DNA of 19,925 bases from Candidatus Jordarchaeia archaeon (GTDB lineage Archaea > Asgardarchaeota > Jordiarchaeia > Jordiarchaeales > Jordiarchaeaceae). The translations under genes were made by a program, and so were the position numbers. The notes under the pieces are model-generated. The model saw nothing but the letters and a program-made list of their open reading frames with translations, ran no database searches and was not told where the DNA came from. The stretch spans positions 1 to 19,925 of the forward strand of contig JAHQXB010000095.1 of NCBI GenBank assembly GCA_029856435.1, given 5' to 3'. Below are positions 16,377 to 19,925 of the stretch, piece after piece; position 1 is the first letter of the stretch; each line of letters starts with the position of its first letter.

Positions 16377-17243
16377 GTGGTTATGGGAGATAAGTGTATA
16401 TTGAGGCAGGAAGAAATACTTAGAGAGTTGCTTCCTGAGGATAAGTGGCACCTAATTCCACGCAGACATGAACAGGTGGGGGATATTTGTGTATTAAGGC
16501 TCTCCCCGGAGCTGTCGGAGTTTTACCCCCAGATAGGTAAAGCGATTCTTGAGAATTATACCCATTTTCGAACTGTTGTTGTGCGGGTGGGAAATATTGC
16601 AAATGAGGAGCGTGTGGGGGAAGTGAGGGTCATTGCGGGGGAAAATAGAACTGAAACAGTCCACAGAGAATATGAGTGTAGATACAAGCTGGATTTGGCT
16701 AAGGTTTTTTTCACCCCTAGACTAAGTTATGAACATAACAGGGTAGCAAACCTAGTAAGAGAGGGGGAAGTTGTGCTAAACATGTTTTCGGGAATTGGAG
16801 CCTTCTCCATCCTGATCGCGAAAAGGGTAAGAAACTGCCGAGTTTTCTCCGTTGATATTAACCCCCTAGCCATCGAGTATCTGAAGAAAAACATTCTACT
16901 CAACCATGTTGAAGACAGGGTCATTCCCATCCTTGGAGATGCGGCACAAACCCAGGAACCAGCGTTAGCTAATCGAATAATTATGCCTCTTCCCCTCAAG
17001 GCCTACGAATATTTGAGCGTCGCAGCCCAAAAAATCGCTCCAAAGGGAACAATTCACTACTACGACACAGTAATAGCTAAGGGAGAAAGACCTCAACAGC
17101 TTGAAAGGCTATGTGAAAAGGTTACATCCAGACTCGAGGAATTGAATCTGGAAGTTGAAATTCCTTACAAGAGAAGAATAAGAAGTTTATCTCCCGGCTT
17201 TTATCTAAGCGTTCTGGACATTTTTGTAGCTAAAAAGTTTTAG
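16377..17243 (+). CDS. trm5: Trm5/Met-10+-family SAM-dependent tRNA G37 methyltransferase lacking the D1 domain
   Basis: EQVGDI, TVHREYECRYKLDLAKVFFTPRL, NMFSGIGAFSI, VDINP, RIIMPLP and IHYY. Confidence 0.85.
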   Translation: MVMGDKCILRQEEILRELLPEDKWHLIPRRHEQVGDICVLRLSPELSEFYPQIGKAILENYTHFRTVVVRVGNIANEERVGEVRVIAGENRTETVHREYECRYKLDLAKVFFTPRLSYEHNRVANLVREGEVVLNMFSGIGAFSILIAKRVRNCRVFSVDINPLAIEYLKKNILLNHVEDRVIPILGDAAQTQEPALANRIIMPLPLKAYEYLSVAAQKIAPKGTIHYYDTVIAKGERPQQLERLCEKVTSRLEELNLEVEIPYKRRIRSLSPGFYLSVLDIFVAKKF

Positions 17244-17321
17244 GAACTGAAACTAAATGGCGACGTCTATCTGCGGATAAAAGTACTAAAATCCTTAAAA
17301 AGAGGGGAGGGTCAACAATTA

Positions 17322-17855
17322 GTGAAAAACAATTTGATTCTACAGGTGCATATCTTGGAAAGAATCAAAGAAAAAGACATGGGAAAAAAGACGACTCCTG
17401 ACCCGTTAATTGGGGACGACTGCATCCAAGCGCTAATAAAGGGTTACACCTCTGAGGTGGAAGAGTGTCCCTTCTTTTCAGAGTCTGTGGAGTCTAAGTG
17501 TTTACTCGATCCCTATTCTAGAAGAACCTGGAATTGCAACGGCAGATGTTTCGTTAATGGGTTCAGATGTGAATATATAAGTGAAGCCTTCCCCCACAGC
17601 AAACTTAATGGGGAAATAAATTTTCTTATATCGCTAATAGGGAGTGAGGGCGTAAGCATTGTTAGAAACTTGGGCTGGAGCCTTTTAACGATTGATGAAA
17701 TTTTAGCAGTTAGTGGTGTCAAAAAGGAGGAATTACCCTTCAAATTAACCGTTTTAAAAGTTTTGAAACTGGTCTCCGAAGAAAATGGAACGCTGCACTT
17801 AACCGATAAAGGAAGAATGCTCCACGATTACCTACTGATTTACCAAAAAATGTGA
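17322..17855 (+). CDS. Hypothetical protein with six-Cys N-terminal region and C-terminal winged helix (alternative start ATG 17379)
   Basis: Cys in DDC, EECP, SKC, WNCNGRC and FRC. The C-terminal TIDEILAVSG...LKVLKLVSEENGTLHLTDKG is a wHTH pattern. Confidence 0.7.
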   Translation: MKNNLILQVHILERIKEKDMGKKTTPDPLIGDDCIQALIKGYTSEVEECPFFSESVESKCLLDPYSRRTWNCNGRCFVNGFRCEYISEAFPHSKLNGEINFLISLIGSEGVSIVRNLGWSLLTIDEILAVSGVKKEELPFKLTVLKVLKLVSEENGTLHLTDKGRMLHDYLLIYQKM

Positions 17856-18105
17856 AATGAGCACATCCACACTTCTAGTAGCCTTAATATCCAGAATCTG
17901 ATTTTTTGTATTTTTGCTGGAAAAGAAACATTGACACCTCCACGTGTAAAGTCGGGACTTTCTCGCCAATAATTCTTGTAATGAGGAGCAAAGAAGGGAG
18001 CTATTAGGTTAGTGGATTTGCATTTCCATTTTTTAGGAATTTAACAGTTTTTAGAGTATATTTAAATCTGCTAATTATTCAAATTATATCTGATGGGTGT
18101 TAGTT

Positions 18106-19764
18106 TTGTCCGACATTGATGTTCTCAGAGAATTGGTGGAAAAGGGCGAAAATTTCCGCGTGGAATTTAAACGTTTTCTAAAATCTGCAGACCTTTCCCC
18201 AAAAAGAAAGCAGAAGTTAATAGCACAGTTGAAGTATATAACAAGTGAGGGTGAGGGAAACCTCTTTGTGGGAATAGAAGACTTAAACGGTGAAAAGTGG
18301 GAGGTATTTGGGTTAACAGAGGAACAGGCTGAGATTTCAGACTTTGTGCTAAGGAGAATCTGCCAAGAAGCAGATTTAACCATAATCGAGAAAAACACCT
18401 TTCACACCGGCAGGGGAATTGTGGTAAGGTATGTTCTGGCAAAAACACCCTCAGAAGAATTACAGGATCTAATCTCTGTGGGATTTGCGGGAAGAGTTAA
18501 CGCTGGTAAAAGCACTCTCATAGGGGTTCTCCTAGGAAACAAGCTAGACGACGGAAAGGGATCAGCAAGAGCCTGCCTACTTAGACACCCCCAGGAACTG
18601 GAAAAAGGGCAGACAGCAGACCTCCACTTCGCATTCGTAGGACTAGACCACAACAACAAAATAACCCCCTTAGAAAATCCATTGGATCCACAGGAAAGAG
18701 CCAGAGTACTGGAGCAGTCAAAAAGAATAATCAATTTTGTAGACGCCCCCGGACACTCAGAATATGTAAAAACCATGATTAGAGCCATTCTGGGTTCCGA
18801 TTCCCAATATGGTGCAATACTCATCCCAGCCCGAGACGAGTATAAACTCATGCTATCAGAAGAGATGCGGACAGGAGTCTGGCGCTTAGACGACATTACA
18901 AGAGAACACCTATTGCTCATGGCCAGTCAAGAAACACCATTCATGGTTTTAATCTCAAAAGTGGACCAGGCAAAGCCCACCGAACTGGAAAAGGTAAGAG
19001 AAGTGGTTCGCCAAACCATCAAAAACATTGGCCGGCTACCCCTATTCGTCAGAGACGAGGAAGACATCAAAATTATACAAAAGGAGATTACACACAGAAT
19101 AATCGTCCCCATAGTGGAAATAAGCAGCGTCACCAGCAATGGCTTAAACCTCCTCATAAACATACTAGCCAACCTACCCTCACGCATAACTCAGGAATCA
19201 CTCACAAAACCAGCACTAGCCTACATAGACAAGATTTACCTAGGACTGCCAGGAACAAACGTGGTAGTCACGGGGACCGTCAAGCAGGGAATATTCAAAC
19301 CCGGACAAAGAGTGAAAATAGGCCCAGACGAAAACGCACACTTTTTCGAGGGAAAAATCTCCACAGTAGAGGTCTTCCGGGAACGCGTCCAGCGCGTCAA
19401 AGCAGGAGACATATTCGGCTTCGACATCAAACGCGTAGACCCAAAGAAATTGAGAAGAGGCCAAATCATAGCAGACATGGACTTTGAATCCCAAGCCTGC
19501 AGGCTATTTGAAGCCAACATTGTAGTAACAAGACACCCCGCAAAAATCTCCGTAGGCTACTCACCCGTACTCCAATCCAACACCATCCAACAAACCGTAA
19601 TCTTTGAAGAAATAGAAGGCCGCAACTACCTAGTAGTCGGAGACTTTGCAAAAGTCAAACTGAGACTAAAATACTCCCCAGAATTCCTAAGAGTGGGAGA
19701 CAGAATCCTCACCAGAGAAGGAACAACAAGAACAATCGGACGCGTAACAAAAATCCTAGAATAA
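18106..19764 (+). CDS. GTPBP1/GTPBP2-family translational GTPase (archaeal type)
   Basis: N-terminal GENFRVEFK...QLKY...GEGNLFVGIED domain, G1 GRVNAGKST, G3 DAPGH, G4 SKVD, G5 SSVT, and EF-Tu-like domains II (VVTGTVKQG) and III. TTG at 18106 lies 6 nt after GGTG; the ORF track starts at 18097. Confidence 0.9.
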   Translation: MSDIDVLRELVEKGENFRVEFKRFLKSADLSPKRKQKLIAQLKYITSEGEGNLFVGIEDLNGEKWEVFGLTEEQAEISDFVLRRICQEADLTIIEKNTFHTGRGIVVRYVLAKTPSEELQDLISVGFAGRVNAGKSTLIGVLLGNKLDDGKGSARACLLRHPQELEKGQTADLHFAFVGLDHNNKITPLENPLDPQERARVLEQSKRIINFVDAPGHSEYVKTMIRAILGSDSQYGAILIPARDEYKLMLSEEMRTGVWRLDDITREHLLLMASQETPFMVLISKVDQAKPTELEKVREVVRQTIKNIGRLPLFVRDEEDIKIIQKEITHRIIVPIVEISSVTSNGLNLLINILANLPSRITQESLTKPALAYIDKIYLGLPGTNVVVTGTVKQGIFKPGQRVKIGPDENAHFFEGKISTVEVFRERVQRVKAGDIFGFDIKRVDPKKLRRGQIIADMDFESQACRLFEANIVVTRHPAKISVGYSPVLQSNTIQQTVIFEEIEGRNYLVVGDFAKVKLRLKYSPEFLRVGDRILTREGTTRTIGRVTKILE

Positions 19765-19925
19765 AAAGAACCATAAACTCATCCGGCAGAAAACAGAAGA
19801 CATTTAGAAAAGTTAACAGCGAAGCCAAAATCTAGAAGCATCCTAACCTTCAACTTTCAGGTTCTACCGAAAACCATATTTCAATAAACTTGAAATTTCC
19901 ACCGATTCCCATACATAGCTTAGGG

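Noticed and set aside
17856-18096. Open minus-strand frame of about 70 codons and a 15-codon peptide behind GGAGGTG
   Set aside because: The long frame has no start codon at its 5' end, the SD spacing for the short peptide is too small, and there is no recognisable motif.
18106-18450. Schlafen/AlbA_2-like N-terminal domain as an antiviral defence nuclease-GTPase fusion
   Set aside because: This N-terminal domain is a normal part of the GTPBP1/2 family architecture.
814-19651. Numerous antisense or alternative-frame ORFs in the track (e.g. 814-1278, 3633-3968, 12138-12455, 15008-15382, 18402-18920)
   Set aside because: They overlap well-supported genes, lack motifs and SD sites, and read as shadow frames.
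1-19925. CRISPR array, tRNA, rRNA, transposase or integrase
   Set aside because: No regularly spaced nucleotide repeats, cloverleaf or rRNA signatures, or recombinase motifs were seen.

Overview
Archaeal chromosomal window, most likely from an Asgard archaeon. That assignment is inferred from a folliculin/SMCR8-like longin protein, a membrane protein with tandem winged helices, a SNAP-like TPR protein, and GGAGG/GGTG Shine-Dalgarno sites with many GTG/TTG starts. From left to right: (1) a decayed AbrB/VapB-VapC toxin-antitoxin pair; (2) a minus-strand cluster dsrH-dsrE-dsrF, a small thioredoxin-like protein, a Cys-rich DUF5714-like protein, a catalytically degenerate LplA paralogue fused to a monothiol thioredoxin, and an intact LplA(AB), divergent from a CxC-type ArsR repressor; (3) a short bacterioferritin divergent from a 38-aa desulforedoxin missed by the ORF track; (4) a small membrane protein, a class V aminotransferase, a variant GHMP sugar kinase and endonuclease IV; (5) three eukaryote-like genes (longin protein with an FLCN-type arginine-finger motif and an internal 73-aa duplication, membrane/winged-helix protein, SNAP-like TPR protein); (6) IMPDH, a Trm5-family methyltransferase, a Cys-rich wHTH protein and a GTPBP1/2-family translational GTPase. 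The strongest candidates for undescribed biology are the ArsR-linked lipoate/thiol/persulfide cluster and the FLCN-like longin protein with its neighbours. No rRNA, tRNA, CRISPR array or intact mobile element was seen. All family assignments come from motif recognition by eye, not from database searches.
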